The position numbers were made by a program, and so were the translations under genes. From positions 1 to 24,939 of the forward strand of contig JAQBGU010000147.1 of NCBI GenBank assembly GCA_032128375.1: DNA of 24,939 nucleotides. The letters run 5' to 3'. The notes beneath the pieces were generated by a model that ran no database searches, was not told the origin of the DNA, and saw only the letters and a program-made list of their open reading frames with translations. Positions 1 to 9,107 of this stretch are shown in pieces (position 1 is the first letter of the stretch; each line of letters opens with the position of its first letter). This DNA is from Deltaproteobacteria bacterium (lineage in GTDB: Bacteria; Myxococcota_A; UBA9160; SMWR01).

Positions 1-2
1 AC

Positions 3-125
3 TACATGCGTCAGCGCACCACGCTCAGCCTCGAACACGTCTTTACCATCTTGTCACTCGCGCTCGACCGCGAGCCGCTGAGAATAGCCTTCAAGGCGCT
101 CAGCACCGACGACCAGAACCTCCGG
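3..125 (+). other. Fragment of an unrelated CDS (resembles the C-terminal region of HEAT-repeat / Npt1-Npt2-type transporter-associated proteins), cut off at a probable chimeric junction
   Basis: Translation YMRQRTTLSLEHVFTILSLALDREPLRIAFKALSTDDQNLR matches, from memory, the pattern SLEHVFxLLSL..REPLxIAFxxLxTDDxxLRGTALEYL. Similarity stops right after LR. Confidence 0.5.
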
Positions 126-1202
126 ATCCCGGCCGACCAGGACCCGCAACGCACGCGTCCCAAAAGCGGGTACCATCGCACTGTAGCTTCGCCGATCGGT
201 CGATCGTCGTTCGGCCGGGGTCGCCTGGTCTGCGGTCGTGTCGACCGGCTGTGGCGCCATCTTGATATCCACGTCGAGAGTCAGCTGCGGGCGGGAGAAA
301 TCCGCGGTCGCCCGGTCGAGCGAACCGCGAGCCAGTGTGGAAGAATTCTCCGAGCGTGGGTCTGGCGGACAGCCCGGACGAACCTTTTCGAGCAACGCGC
401 GCCGCCGACGCCGCCTGGGATCCGGTGCCCTTCGTTCCGGTGCGTCGGGTCGCGTCGGGGGGTGTCCGTCGCCGCCATTCACATCTCCAACACGCCTTTT
501 GGACGAAAGCGTCGGCGGGCCCGCGATCTTGTCCTCCAGGATCCACTCCAGTTCGTTGCGAATCTCTGGACTCATCTCTTCGAACTCGACGGCAGCCGCG
601 TACAGGCCTTCGAATCCGAGCTGTTCGTCAAAGTGGTTGCGCAAGATCGTACCTTCTACCGCCAACGCCTCAGTCGCGCCCAAAGTAACGGGGAGCGTCA
701 CACAGATTCGTGCCCCCGCAGCGATCGGGTACGGCGATAGCAGCCGACAGCCGCGCGTCGACAAGTCGGCCAACGTCGCGCGCCGTGACAACACACCGGT
801 GCGAAACGAAATTTCGAAACCAACTGGAATTCGCGGTTCCGCCCGACGCTCATCGCCGCGATATACGCAGTGCGCGATCAACAGCCTCAAGGCCTCGTGG
901 TGAACGGGGCGCCGGACAATGTAGTCGAACCCGATCTGGCGTAGCTGCGCGCGAAGTGAGTTCGAATCTTCGTTGACGACGACGATCCGAGTCGGCGGGT
1001 CTGCGTCCAGGTCGTCGGTGCAGATCTCGACGTCGCCGATGCGTCGCGGAGTCGAGACCAGCAGGTCGGTTGGCGGAGTTGCGCCGTGTGGGACTGAGCT
1101 CCCCTTGAACCGGTCGAAGTCGATCCCGAGCGATTCGAGGATTTGTTGAACGTCATCGAGTTCGCCGTCGTCGATCAGCAGGACTGCACGAGAGTTCGTC
1201 AC
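54..1202 (-). CDS. Pseudo-receiver + PilZ domain protein (c-di-GMP effector); second PilZ domain truncated at ~nt 126
   Basis: N-terminus VLLIDD...GFDYIVRRPV is receiver-like. PilZ motifs ERRAEPR (RxxxR) and DLSTRG (DxSxxG) are present. A second PilZ starts ERRSTDRR...VLVGRD and then breaks. GTG at 1202 follows GAGGA; the ORF extends to 1220. Confidence 0.8.
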   Translation of the reverse strand: MTNSRAVLLIDDGELDDVQQILESLGIDFDRFKGSSVPHGATPPTDLLVSTPRRIGDVEICTDDLDADPPTRIVVVNEDSNSLRAQLRQIGFDYIVRRPVHHEALRLLIAHCVYRGDERRAEPRIPVGFEISFRTGVLSRRATLADLSTRGCRLLSPYPIAAGARICVTLPVTLGATEALAVEGTILRNHFDEQLGFEGLYAAAVEFEEMSPEIRNELEWILEDKIAGPPTLSSKRRVGDVNGGDGHPPTRPDAPERRAPDPRRRRRRALLEKVRPGCPPDPRSENSSTLARGSLDRATADFSRPQLTLDVDIKMAPQPVDTTADQATPAERRSTDRRSYSAMVPAFGTRALRVLVGRDPEVLVVGAERLEGYSQRLAVERE

Positions 1203-1260
1203 AGGGTCCTCACGTCTCACCGTTCCAACTACCCGGGAACCAACCCCGGGCGGGGCTCAA

Positions 1261-1300
1261 TCCGATCAGATTCGGACCGATCAGGCACGATTCAGACAGG
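1261..1300. repeat. Degenerate 10-bp tandem repeat, consensus approx. TTCAGACCGA (4 units)
   Basis: TCCGATCAGA TTCGGACCGA TCAGGCACGA TTCAGACAGG, intergenic. Confidence 0.5.
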
Positions 1301-1318
1301 AGTGACCCTCTACACGTC

Positions 1319-2149
1319 CTACACGTCGTCCGATCCGGACCCGGGCTGTAGCCCGCCGGGGGGAATTTCCGGCCTCGCCGCTGCGTTCGGCACCCCACCG
1401 AGGTTGCGCCATGCCCAACCGAGTGCCGCCGCGGCCAACACAAAGGCGAACGCCAGAGACGTCACAGCCCCGGGTGCGCTGCTGCCGATATCGAGTCCCC
1501 ATGCTGCAGTCAGGATCGCGACGAGGTTGTTTGCGCCGTGACACAAGATGGCAGGTCGAATGCTGCCACCGATGAGTGTGATTACGCCGAGATATGCACC
1601 CAGAACGGTCGTGAGTACCGCGTATGTCGGCTCCACGTGAAGCGCTCCGAACACCAGCGCGGCCAACCCCACCGCTGCCGCCGGGCCGACGCGATTGTGC
1701 AACCCCCGCTGGATCAGCCCCCGGCACAACATTTCCTCGGCGAACCCTGGTGCAAGCCCGAAGCAGACGATCGCCCCGACGACCGTCCAGCCGCCAACCC
1801 CAGCAAGGTCCGATTCGAACTGGGCGAAAGCCCCATCGTCGCCGAAGCCAGCGAGCTCATAGACGCCGTTGAGCGCGAAGCTCAATAGCAGGGTCCCCCC
1901 CACTAACACCAAACTGGTTCCCCACGGGATCCGACTCGGTCCCAATCCAAGTCGTTCGAAGACACCTGGGCCAGAGAGCGACGTAAACGCGATAGCCAGC
2001 ATTCCGAAGAAGAACTCGAGCGCAAAGCCCCTGACCATTGCAGATTCGGGTGCAGTATCAGGTGCGAAAAATGGAACCACCGCGAGCACCAATGTGCCGG
2101 CAAACGCGAATAGCAGCGCCGCGCTGGTCGGATGAAGTCGCACACCCAC
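1319..2149 (-). CDS. CPBP (CAAX protease / Abi) family intramembrane glutamic endopeptidase
   Basis: Multiple TM segments; motifs EExxxRG (AEEMLCRG), FxxxH (FGALH) and HxxxN (HGANN). Confidence 0.9.
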   Translation of the reverse strand: MGVRLHPTSAALLFAFAGTLVLAVVPFFAPDTAPESAMVRGFALEFFFGMLAIAFTSLSGPGVFERLGLGPSRIPWGTSLVLVGGTLLLSFALNGVYELAGFGDDGAFAQFESDLAGVGGWTVVGAIVCFGLAPGFAEEMLCRGLIQRGLHNRVGPAAAVGLAALVFGALHVEPTYAVLTTVLGAYLGVITLIGGSIRPAILCHGANNLVAILTAAWGLDIGSSAPGAVTSLAFAFVLAAAALGWAWRNLGGVPNAAARPEIPPGGLQPGSGSDDV

Positions 2150-2221
2150 AGCCTATCGCGCGCCGCGTCGTTCGGGAGCCTGCTGCGCGACCCGTGCCGT
2201 GCTGAGTGCTACGATCGGAGT

Positions 2222-2788
2222 GTGTCAGAATCTTCCATTTCTCCGGGCTTGCTGGTCGCGATGCCTCAGCTGATGGACCCCAATTTCCATCGCACCGTGG
2301 TTCTTCTGATCCACCACGACAGCCACGGGACCTTCGGATTGATTCTGAACCGGGCCACCGAGATCACCGCACGCACATTGTGCGAGACGCTCGAGATCGA
2401 ATGGCGCGGCGACCCGAGCTGGGCGATCGGTTGGGGCGGGCCGGTGCAGCCGGAAACAGGCTGGCTACTGTTCGATCCCGCCGACGCGCCAACAGCGGGT
2501 TCCGATGAGGGTGTGCAGCGGATCGAAGAAGGTCTGAGTTTCGCTGGCTCGATCGACACGCTTCGCCGCGTAGCCAGTGACCCGCCACAAAAGACGCGCG
2601 TGCTGCTCGGCTATGCTGGCTGGGGACCTGGACAACTCGAAGGCGAGCTGTCCGAGGGTGCCTGGATCACCGCGCCGATTTCGCTGAATGTGGTATTCGA
2701 CGTCGAAGCCCGAGACATGTGGGAGCACGTGGTGCGCGGCCTCGGCATCGAGCCCGCCACGCTGATCTCGACGCGAGGGATTCACTGA
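2222..2788 (+). CDS. YqgE/AlgH family protein (DUF179)
   Basis: LLVAMPQLMDPNFHRTVVLL, GLILNR, GGPV, GYAGWGPGQLEGEL..GAW. Start GTG 2222 is inferred; the ORF opens at 2132. Confidence 0.93.
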   Translation: MSESSISPGLLVAMPQLMDPNFHRTVVLLIHHDSHGTFGLILNRATEITARTLCETLEIEWRGDPSWAIGWGGPVQPETGWLLFDPADAPTAGSDEGVQRIEEGLSFAGSIDTLRRVASDPPQKTRVLLGYAGWGPGQLEGELSEGAWITAPISLNVVFDVEARDMWEHVVRGLGIEPATLISTRGIH

Positions 2789-2806
2789 AACCTCGCGCGA
2801 CTCTTT

Positions 2807-2856
2807 TTCAGACCGATTCAGACACTTTCAGACCGTTCCAAATCGATCCAGCGCCC
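2807..2856. repeat. 10-bp tandem repeat (TTCAGAC core x3 plus 2 degenerate units)
   Basis: TTCAGACCGA TTCAGACACT TTCAGACCGT TCCAAATCGA TCCAGCGCCC. Confidence 0.7.
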
Positions 2857-2889
2857 AAACAGCACTCAGAAGTCGGCCGAGGAGAGAAC

Positions 2890-3969
2890 ATGGCAGTATC
2901 CGCAGAACTCGTCGCAGATCAGAACCGTTTCAGCGCAGACCAGATTCTCCAGAGCGACGGCTATGCCGAGCCATTGATCGCAAACGGTGTTCGGTGTCAC
3001 GGTGGCTTTGATGGCGATGGGCGCTATGTCTCGCCGCGCGTACTTCATCGCGGCCCGGCGATCGTCGCGTGGCAAAGCCAGCTCGCACGCGATGGCCATG
3101 AGCTGATCGAAATTTCCGATGCGCTGATGCCGCCCCAGTACCCCAATCTCCAACAATCGGTCTTGCTGCTCTCGGCCGGCGTGCGCGACCCGATCGTCCG
3201 TGCGCTCACCATCATCTCGATCGTCGAGGGGTTCGGGGCGATCATTCGCGATGTCGAGGTTCCGGACCTTCGCGCGCTGATCCGCGAGCCCATCGAGGCG
3301 ACCGCGCTCGCTCACCTGGACCACGGATTATTTGAAGCCCACGCGCGCGACGAATCGGGGTATCGCGATGAGGGCGGGCACAAGCAGATGTGGGAAGCTG
3401 CCCGAGATCTGGCTTTGGAGAACCCGAAGATCCCAGGGGATGTGCTGATGAGGATGATGGGTCGCCGAAACAGTCGAGCCAAATCGAAGCGACCCTTTCC
3501 CGAGATCGACGAGAAGCTCGAGCGTCTGTTATCGACGATGGCGCAAGTTCTGGTCGTCGAGGTGTTCGCCGCCGGCACCTTTGCGTGGGGCGAAGCACTG
3601 TTGTCGAACCCGGAAGTCTCCGCCGCTCCCGACGAGGCCGGGCCGATGGTCGGGTACATTCGCGCTGACGAGAGCCCGCACGTCGAATACCTGCGTACCG
3701 CACTGTCCGAGATTCGCGCCCGAACCATTGTCGGCGTCGCTGGAAGCGATGTCTCCGGCAGGACAGTCGTTGATGGGTTGCTGCATCGGATTCTCCGGAC
3801 GATTACGAGCGATCGTCCGCAAGAACAACGGGACGACGTGCGCGCGACGATGCAAGAAGCCATGAAATCGGCGCGCAATCCGAGTGCGCTGCTCGAAGAG
3901 TTCGAATCGCTCGAATCCAGCTGGCGAGCTCCGAAGATTACCGGTTTCGAACCCCCTGGGCGGCAGTAG
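2890..3969 (+). CDS. Uncharacterised ferritin-like (di-iron carboxylate) protein
   Basis: RBS GAGGAG before ATG 2890. Helical protein with candidate ligands IVEGFG, HARDE...GH, VVEVFA and IRADESPH (DExxH). Confidence 0.7.
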   Translation: MAVSAELVADQNRFSADQILQSDGYAEPLIANGVRCHGGFDGDGRYVSPRVLHRGPAIVAWQSQLARDGHELIEISDALMPPQYPNLQQSVLLLSAGVRDPIVRALTIISIVEGFGAIIRDVEVPDLRALIREPIEATALAHLDHGLFEAHARDESGYRDEGGHKQMWEAARDLALENPKIPGDVLMRMMGRRNSRAKSKRPFPEIDEKLERLLSTMAQVLVVEVFAAGTFAWGEALLSNPEVSAAPDEAGPMVGYIRADESPHVEYLRTALSEIRARTIVGVAGSDVSGRTVVDGLLHRILRTITSDRPQEQRDDVRATMQEAMKSARNPSALLEEFESLESSWRAPKITGFEPPGRQ

Positions 3970-3970
3970 C

Positions 3971-5239
3971 GTGCAGCCATACGCCCGAATCTGGCGGACC
4001 GCTCGGGTCGCATGGACCGCGGCCGCGATCTGGAGCCTCTACAAGGTTCCCGAATACGCGCGCCGTGCGACCGGCCGGCCGCAGCCGGCGGACCTGACGC
4101 GCACACACGAACGGGCGGCGAGGTTGAGCTTGAGCTGCGCGCTGGCGTTGCGCGGTGTATTGATCAAGACCTGTCAGGCGGTGGCAACGCGCTCGGACAT
4201 ATTTCCCCCGCCCTTTGTCGAGCGGCTCAAGCAGTGCCATGACGCGGTGCCGGCGAAACCGTTCGACGAGGTTCGACGTGCGGTCGAGCGAGAACTCGGG
4301 AAACCGCTGGACGCGATTTTTGCGGAATTCTCGATCGAGCCAGTTGCGGCCGCCTCACTGGCCCAAGTACATAGCGCGAAGCTGCTAGACGGGACCCCGG
4401 TCGCTGTGAAAGTTCAGTATCCCGATATTGAAGACATCGTTGGCACGGACCTGGCCAACTTGCGACGACTGTGTCGAATCTACGAGTATTTCGACCCGCA
4501 GCCGCTCGAACTGTTGCCGCTGTTGACCGAATTGACGACACACCTCAGCTACGAACTCGATTTCGTGAGAGAGGCTGACAGCGCCGATCGAGTGCGAGAG
4601 CTCTTCGTCGAAGATGAATTCGTCGTCGTTCCGAAGATCTATCGGGCGTTCTCGACAACGCGTGTGCTGACGATGGAGTTCGTCGATGGCATCAAGCCGA
4701 CCGAAAAGGCCGAACTCGAGCGGGCGGGAATCGACCCCGGCGAGGTCGTGCAGAATCTGATGCACATCTATGTGCGGATGATTATCGCGGCGAGTTTCTT
4801 CCAAGCGGATCCGCACCCAGGAAACCTGTTCATTCGTCCCAATCAGGTTGTGCTGATGGACTTCGGGCTGGCAAAGGAACTCCCAGAGGGCTTTGGGATG
4901 GGGTTGTTCGAGCTGATGTTTTCGATGATGACACTCAATGAGGCCGCGATGGTGCGTGCGTTCCGCGAGCTTGGATTCGAGACCAAGACAGGCGATAGCG
5001 ACACGTTTGTCCGGATTGCTCGCAGGATGATGTCACGCAGTGACTCGGGCACCTTCGAGGGAGAGTTCACCGAGGAAATGACCGACGAACTCTTCGATGC
5101 CATCCGCGAAGACCCTGTTGTCACCGTCCCCAGTGACTTCGTATTGGTGGGTCGGGTCTTCGGGCTGCTGTCGGGGATCGCTCACACTCTGGGTCATCGG
5201 GCCAACGTTCTGGCCGCGATGGGGGCAACGACCGGCTGA
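3971..5239 (+). CDS. ABC1/UbiB (AarF) family atypical protein kinase
   Basis: IKTCQ (KxGQ-like), AAASLAQVH, VAVKVQYP, ELDFVREA, ADPHPGN, DFG. Confidence 0.93.
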   Translation: MQPYARIWRTARVAWTAAAIWSLYKVPEYARRATGRPQPADLTRTHERAARLSLSCALALRGVLIKTCQAVATRSDIFPPPFVERLKQCHDAVPAKPFDEVRRAVERELGKPLDAIFAEFSIEPVAAASLAQVHSAKLLDGTPVAVKVQYPDIEDIVGTDLANLRRLCRIYEYFDPQPLELLPLLTELTTHLSYELDFVREADSADRVRELFVEDEFVVVPKIYRAFSTTRVLTMEFVDGIKPTEKAELERAGIDPGEVVQNLMHIYVRMIIAASFFQADPHPGNLFIRPNQVVLMDFGLAKELPEGFGMGLFELMFSMMTLNEAAMVRAFRELGFETKTGDSDTFVRIARRMMSRSDSGTFEGEFTEEMTDELFDAIREDPVVTVPSDFVLVGRVFGLLSGIAHTLGHRANVLAAMGATTG

Positions 5240-5250
5240 TTTCGATCGCT

Positions 5251-5353
5251 GGAAGTTCCGCTTGTCATGCAGCGCCAATCCGAGAATTCCTGACAAGAGG
5301 GTGGGATACAGGAAAATTCCGCTCCGATCGGATTGGGAGACCAGACCAATCCG
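5251..5353 (+). promoter_or_regulatory. Cluster of inverted repeats in the leader of the EAL gene (operator or structured RNA candidate)
   Basis: CTTGTCA(5261)/TGACAAG(5291); CCAATCCGA(5275) is complementary to TCGGATTGG(5328); CGGATTGG-N9-CCAATCCG (5329-5353). Confidence 0.4.
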
Positions 5354-5480
5354 CAAGCACTCACAGATATCGATTGGTTGGTGTCGGCCGTACGAAGATG
5401 TTGTGTCCGGTTCGCGGCCCGTGATTTTCCTCACGCAATCTCCAACTCAACGGTTTGGCTTCAAGTGCCGATGCAAAAAC

Positions 5481-6755
5481 ATGTCGGACACCGGCGAGTT
5501 CTTACCGCGACTCGATCCAACTGCGGAATTTGGTTTGGTCACGCTGGGGGAGGTAATCCCCCAGGTCGTACGTGAGTACAGCAATCACGGCGCACTCGGA
5601 ATTGTCGCGATCGACGCGTCCGCGATCCGCAAGATCGAACGCAGCTTCGGTGACTCGGCCCGTGAGAAAGCAATGGCCACGGCCTGCGATGTCATTTTCG
5701 GAACGATCGGTGCACGCTTGGATCTTGGGGATCTGGTGGTCTGCGGTGAGACCGGGCGAAACGAGATCCTGGTACTGCTGTTCCGCGATGTGAATGATGT
5801 CGAGTTCTATTCGAAAGAGCTGTCTGAACTTCAGCGGATTCTGGTTGCGGGTTTGGATCCCAACAACCAGCGCATCGGGTACCCGCATCTCAAGTGGTCT
5901 CCGTCGTTGCCGGTTGGTATTGCGACTTCGTTGCGGAATCCGACCCACGCCGCGCAGACACAGATTCGAACTGCAATAGAAGAAGCACGAGGGGACGCCG
6001 ACTTGAACCAACGCATTGGCGCACGTCGGCGCCGACAACAGCTGTTCGAGCTGGTGATCGCCGGTCGGGTCCGGTCTGTCTACGAACCGATCGTCGACGT
6101 GAACACGCACACGGTGTTTGGCTATGAGGCGCTCGCGCGTGGTCCAGAAGGCACAGAGTTGTACTCGGCGCTGGCGTTGTTTGCGAGCGCGACCAACGAG
6201 GATCTGCTGTTTCAGCTCGATTGCCTGTGCCGGCGAAGTGGTCTCGATGGTGCGCGAGATTTCCCCTGCGATGCGAAGCTGTTTTTGAACATCAGACCGA
6301 CGACGATTTTCGACCCCGGCTTCAGGGCGGATGCGTTGCGCCAGACGCTCGAGGGTTGCGGCTTGCGTCCTTCCGATGTCGTGCTCGAGATTTCGGAACA
6401 GGAATCGATTTCCAGTTTCGAGATTTTTCGTGAAATTCGCGACTACTACGGAAACCTGGGCTTCCAGATCGCGATGGATGACGTGGGGACGGGCTACGCC
6501 AGCCTCGAAGCCGTAATCGAACTTTCTCCAGAATTCATCAAGGTCGATCGCGCATTCGTGGCAGGAATCGACCAGGACCCGTCCCGGCAGCAATTGCTCA
6601 CCGCATTGCGGAGTGTGTCGGATCAGATCGGGGCGCGGATCATCGCAGAGGGCCTCGATACGCTAGAGGAACTCGAGACGCTGGCGCGCCTGAAAATTCC
6701 GTTCGGGCAGGGGTGGCTGTTCGGGAAACCGCATCCGCTCCGAACCGACACCTGA
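5481..6755 (+). CDS. EAL c-di-GMP phosphodiesterase with degenerate N-terminal GGDEF-like domain
   Basis: YEPIVD, EALARG, FLNI, EISE, DDVGTGY, IKVD, AEG, QGWLFGKP. The N-terminal domain has GRNEI at the GGDEF position. Confidence 0.92.
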   Translation: MSDTGEFLPRLDPTAEFGLVTLGEVIPQVVREYSNHGALGIVAIDASAIRKIERSFGDSAREKAMATACDVIFGTIGARLDLGDLVVCGETGRNEILVLLFRDVNDVEFYSKELSELQRILVAGLDPNNQRIGYPHLKWSPSLPVGIATSLRNPTHAAQTQIRTAIEEARGDADLNQRIGARRRRQQLFELVIAGRVRSVYEPIVDVNTHTVFGYEALARGPEGTELYSALALFASATNEDLLFQLDCLCRRSGLDGARDFPCDAKLFLNIRPTTIFDPGFRADALRQTLEGCGLRPSDVVLEISEQESISSFEIFREIRDYYGNLGFQIAMDDVGTGYASLEAVIELSPEFIKVDRAFVAGIDQDPSRQQLLTALRSVSDQIGARIIAEGLDTLEELETLARLKIPFGQGWLFGKPHPLRTDT

Positions 6756-6991
6756 TCCGCGCTTTCGCATCCGTGCTTCGGGCCGTCTTCGGCCGATTCT
6801 CGATCGCGTCTGATCACAAAGACCCTCGACGTAGCGGTGCTGCGCCCCCGGCTCCCCTCAATCGGCTCGACCGAATCTGGCCCGGATCCGGGCGCGAAAA
6901 CGCCGAATATTTTGGCCCGGGACCCAGGCGCCGAGACGTCTGAGCGATTTGCGGGGGTGGGATTATACTGCCGCCTCTAAACGGGGGGCCT

Positions 6992-7909
6992 ATGGGTCGG
7001 AAACTCCAGGTGACGACGGCAACTTGTGTGTTCGTCCTCGGACTGGCCGCTGTGTACCTCTACCACAGCGTGACTTCGCTCGAATCCGAGCTGGTGGCAG
7101 GAGATGTCCACGTCGTTTTCGGTTTGGGTGGGAATGTTGGCGTGCTGAAGACCAGCCAGGGGGCGGTCGTCGTCGACACGATGACGTTCCCGATCCAGGC
7201 GCGCGGGATACGCGAGCTGGCTTCTCAGATCGCTGGGGGGCCGGCTCGGGCAATCATCAACACCCACTATCATTCAGACCACACCCACGGCAACCCCGCG
7301 TGGCCGATCGGCATCCGCGTGGTCGCAACCGAACGCACGAAGGCCTACCTGAATCTGTTCGATGCTGAGTTCTGGCAGGGCGAAGCCGCGGGCACGGCTC
7401 CCAACGATACGTTCGAACAAACCCACGAAATGCGCATCGGTGGCAAGACGATTCGCTCCTACTACATGGGCCGGGGTCATACGGGCGGGGATCTCGTGGT
7501 TCTATTCGTAGAAGATCGCGTGCTCCACGCCGGAGATCTGTTCTTCAATCGGCTCTATCCCAATATCGACTTGGAGGCCGGTGGTTCGGTTCGAGATTGG
7601 TCGACCACTCTCGAGCGGGTCCTCGAGTTGGATTTTGATCACGTGATTCCGGGGCATGGGCCGGTTGCGAGCCGCGAAGATCTGGCCGGTTTCGCTCGCT
7701 TCATGAAAGAGCTTGCGCAAACGGTTGGACAGGCTGCAGCCGACGGGTTGACACTCGATCAGACGCTGGGATCGGTGGACTTGAAAGAAGACGAGGGCTA
7801 TGGCGAGTTGCTTCCGCTCATCATGGACGTGGATCGCGACTTCGTGGTGAAGCGCGCCTGGGACGAGGCCACCGGCGTCGTCAAGCCGATGAAACTCCCC
7901 TCGGAATAG
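6992..7909 (+). CDS. MBL-fold metallo-hydrolase (cyclase-like), N-terminal signal/anchor
   Basis: THYHSDHTHGN, GHTGGD, HAGD, PGHG. Confidence 0.92.
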   Translation: MGRKLQVTTATCVFVLGLAAVYLYHSVTSLESELVAGDVHVVFGLGGNVGVLKTSQGAVVVDTMTFPIQARGIRELASQIAGGPARAIINTHYHSDHTHGNPAWPIGIRVVATERTKAYLNLFDAEFWQGEAAGTAPNDTFEQTHEMRIGGKTIRSYYMGRGHTGGDLVVLFVEDRVLHAGDLFFNRLYPNIDLEAGGSVRDWSTTLERVLELDFDHVIPGHGPVASREDLAGFARFMKELAQTVGQAAADGLTLDQTLGSVDLKEDEGYGELLPLIMDVDRDFVVKRAWDEATGVVKPMKLPSE

Positions 7910-7958
7910 GCGAATCTCACGATCACAGTTGAGAGCGCGTGCGGCACGAGGAGATCTC

Positions 7959-8729
7959 TTGAACGACCTGTTTTCGATCGAAGGGAAAGTGGCCATTGTG
8001 ACTGGAGGGTCGCGTGGAATCGGTTTGATGATTGCACGTGGCTACGTAGAAGCCGGTGCGCGCGTGTATATCTCGTCGCGCAAGGCTGAGGTTTGCGACG
8101 AGGTCGCGGGCGAACTTTCGAAACTCGGTACCTGTATCTCGATTCCGGCGGATCTGTCGACTGAGGCCGAAACCAACCGGCTGGCCAGCGAAATCGCTGC
8201 TCGCGAACCCGAAGTCCACATTCTCGTCAACAATGCGGGCGCCAACTGGGGAGCACCCTACGAGCAATATCCGGACTCGGCATGGGACAAGGTTTTCGCG
8301 ATCAATGTCAAAGGCATATTCAACCTGACACGCGCATTGACGCCCCAACTCGAGAGAGCAGCCAAGCCCGGAGACCCGGCGCGCGTGATCAATGTCGGTT
8401 CGATCGATGGGCTCTCGGTGCCGGCGCTCGAAACCTTCGCCTATTCGACCAGCAAGGCCGGCGTTCACATGTTGACACGCCACCTCGCGAAGCGGCTTGC
8501 GTCGAAGGGGATTGCCGTCAATGCGATAGCGCCGGGGCCCTTCGAGAGCCAGATGATGGCGGCGACGCTGGAACAATTTGGTGATGCCATCGCCGCGGCC
8601 TGTCCGCTCGGGCGGATCGGTGCACCCGACGATATGGCGGGTATCGCGATCTTTCTGGCCTCGCGCGCCGGGGCATACGTCACCGGCGCGATCATCCCGG
8701 TAGACGGTGGGATTTCGACTACCAAGTAA
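7959..8729 (+). CDS. SDR family oxidoreductase (RhlG-like subgroup)
   Basis: [20 protein letters not shown] start after GAGGAG. Confidence 0.93.
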   Translation: MNDLFSIEGKVAIVTGGSRGIGLMIARGYVEAGARVYISSRKAEVCDEVAGELSKLGTCISIPADLSTEAETNRLASEIAAREPEVHILVNNAGANWGAPYEQYPDSAWDKVFAINVKGIFNLTRALTPQLERAAKPGDPARVINVGSIDGLSVPALETFAYSTSKAGVHMLTRHLAKRLASKGIAVNAIAPGPFESQMMAATLEQFGDAIAAACPLGRIGAPDDMAGIAIFLASRAGAYVTGAIIPVDGGISTTK

Positions 8730-8755
8730 GGTGGCCTGATGCAGCCGATCACCCG

Positions 8756-9058
8756 ATGACGAGACCCAGCCGTTTGTCGAAAGCCGAGCTCCATTCCGCG
8801 CTCGAAACGCTCCCCGGCTGGCAGCTTCGCGAGGCAAAGCTCCACCGCACGTTCCGCTTCGCGAACTTCAACGAAGCGTTCGGTTTCATGACCCGCGCTG
8901 CGCTGGTCGCCGAAAAGCTGGATCACCACCCGGAGTGGTCCAACGTGTACGCGACAGTCGTCGTCGATCTCGTCACGCATGACGCCCACGGGATCACCAG
9001 TCTGGACGTTCGTCTGGCCACCGCGATGAATGCTATCGCCCGCTTCGACCAGGCGTGA
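8756..9058 (+). CDS. phhB: Pterin-4a-carbinolamine dehydratase
   Basis: [14 protein letters not shown] and [10 protein letters not shown] motifs. Confidence 0.93.
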   Translation: MTRPSRLSKAELHSALETLPGWQLREAKLHRTFRFANFNEAFGFMTRAALVAEKLDHHPEWSNVYATVVVDLVTHDAHGITSLDVRLATAMNAIARFDQA

Positions 9059-9107
9059 CAGGCTCCGCGAAGCGGTCGCACGACAGAATTCAGATCTTCC
9101 AGTCTCG

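Noticed and set aside
2807..2856. Repeats as a CRISPR array
   Set aside because: 10-bp units with no spacers and no cas genes.
5097..5480. N-terminal extension of the EAL ORF (552 aa)
   Set aside because: It overlaps the kinase 3' end and crosses a repeat-rich, non-coding-looking region; ATG 5481 fits better.
6940..6970. Sigma70 promoter (TATACT at 6964) for the MBL-SDR-phhB run
   Set aside because: No convincing -35 element at proper spacing; cannot be supported from sequence alone.
7923..8837. 304-aa antisense ORF over the SDR gene
   Set aside because: Antisense open frames are common opposite SDR genes in GC-rich genomes, and it has no independent motifs.
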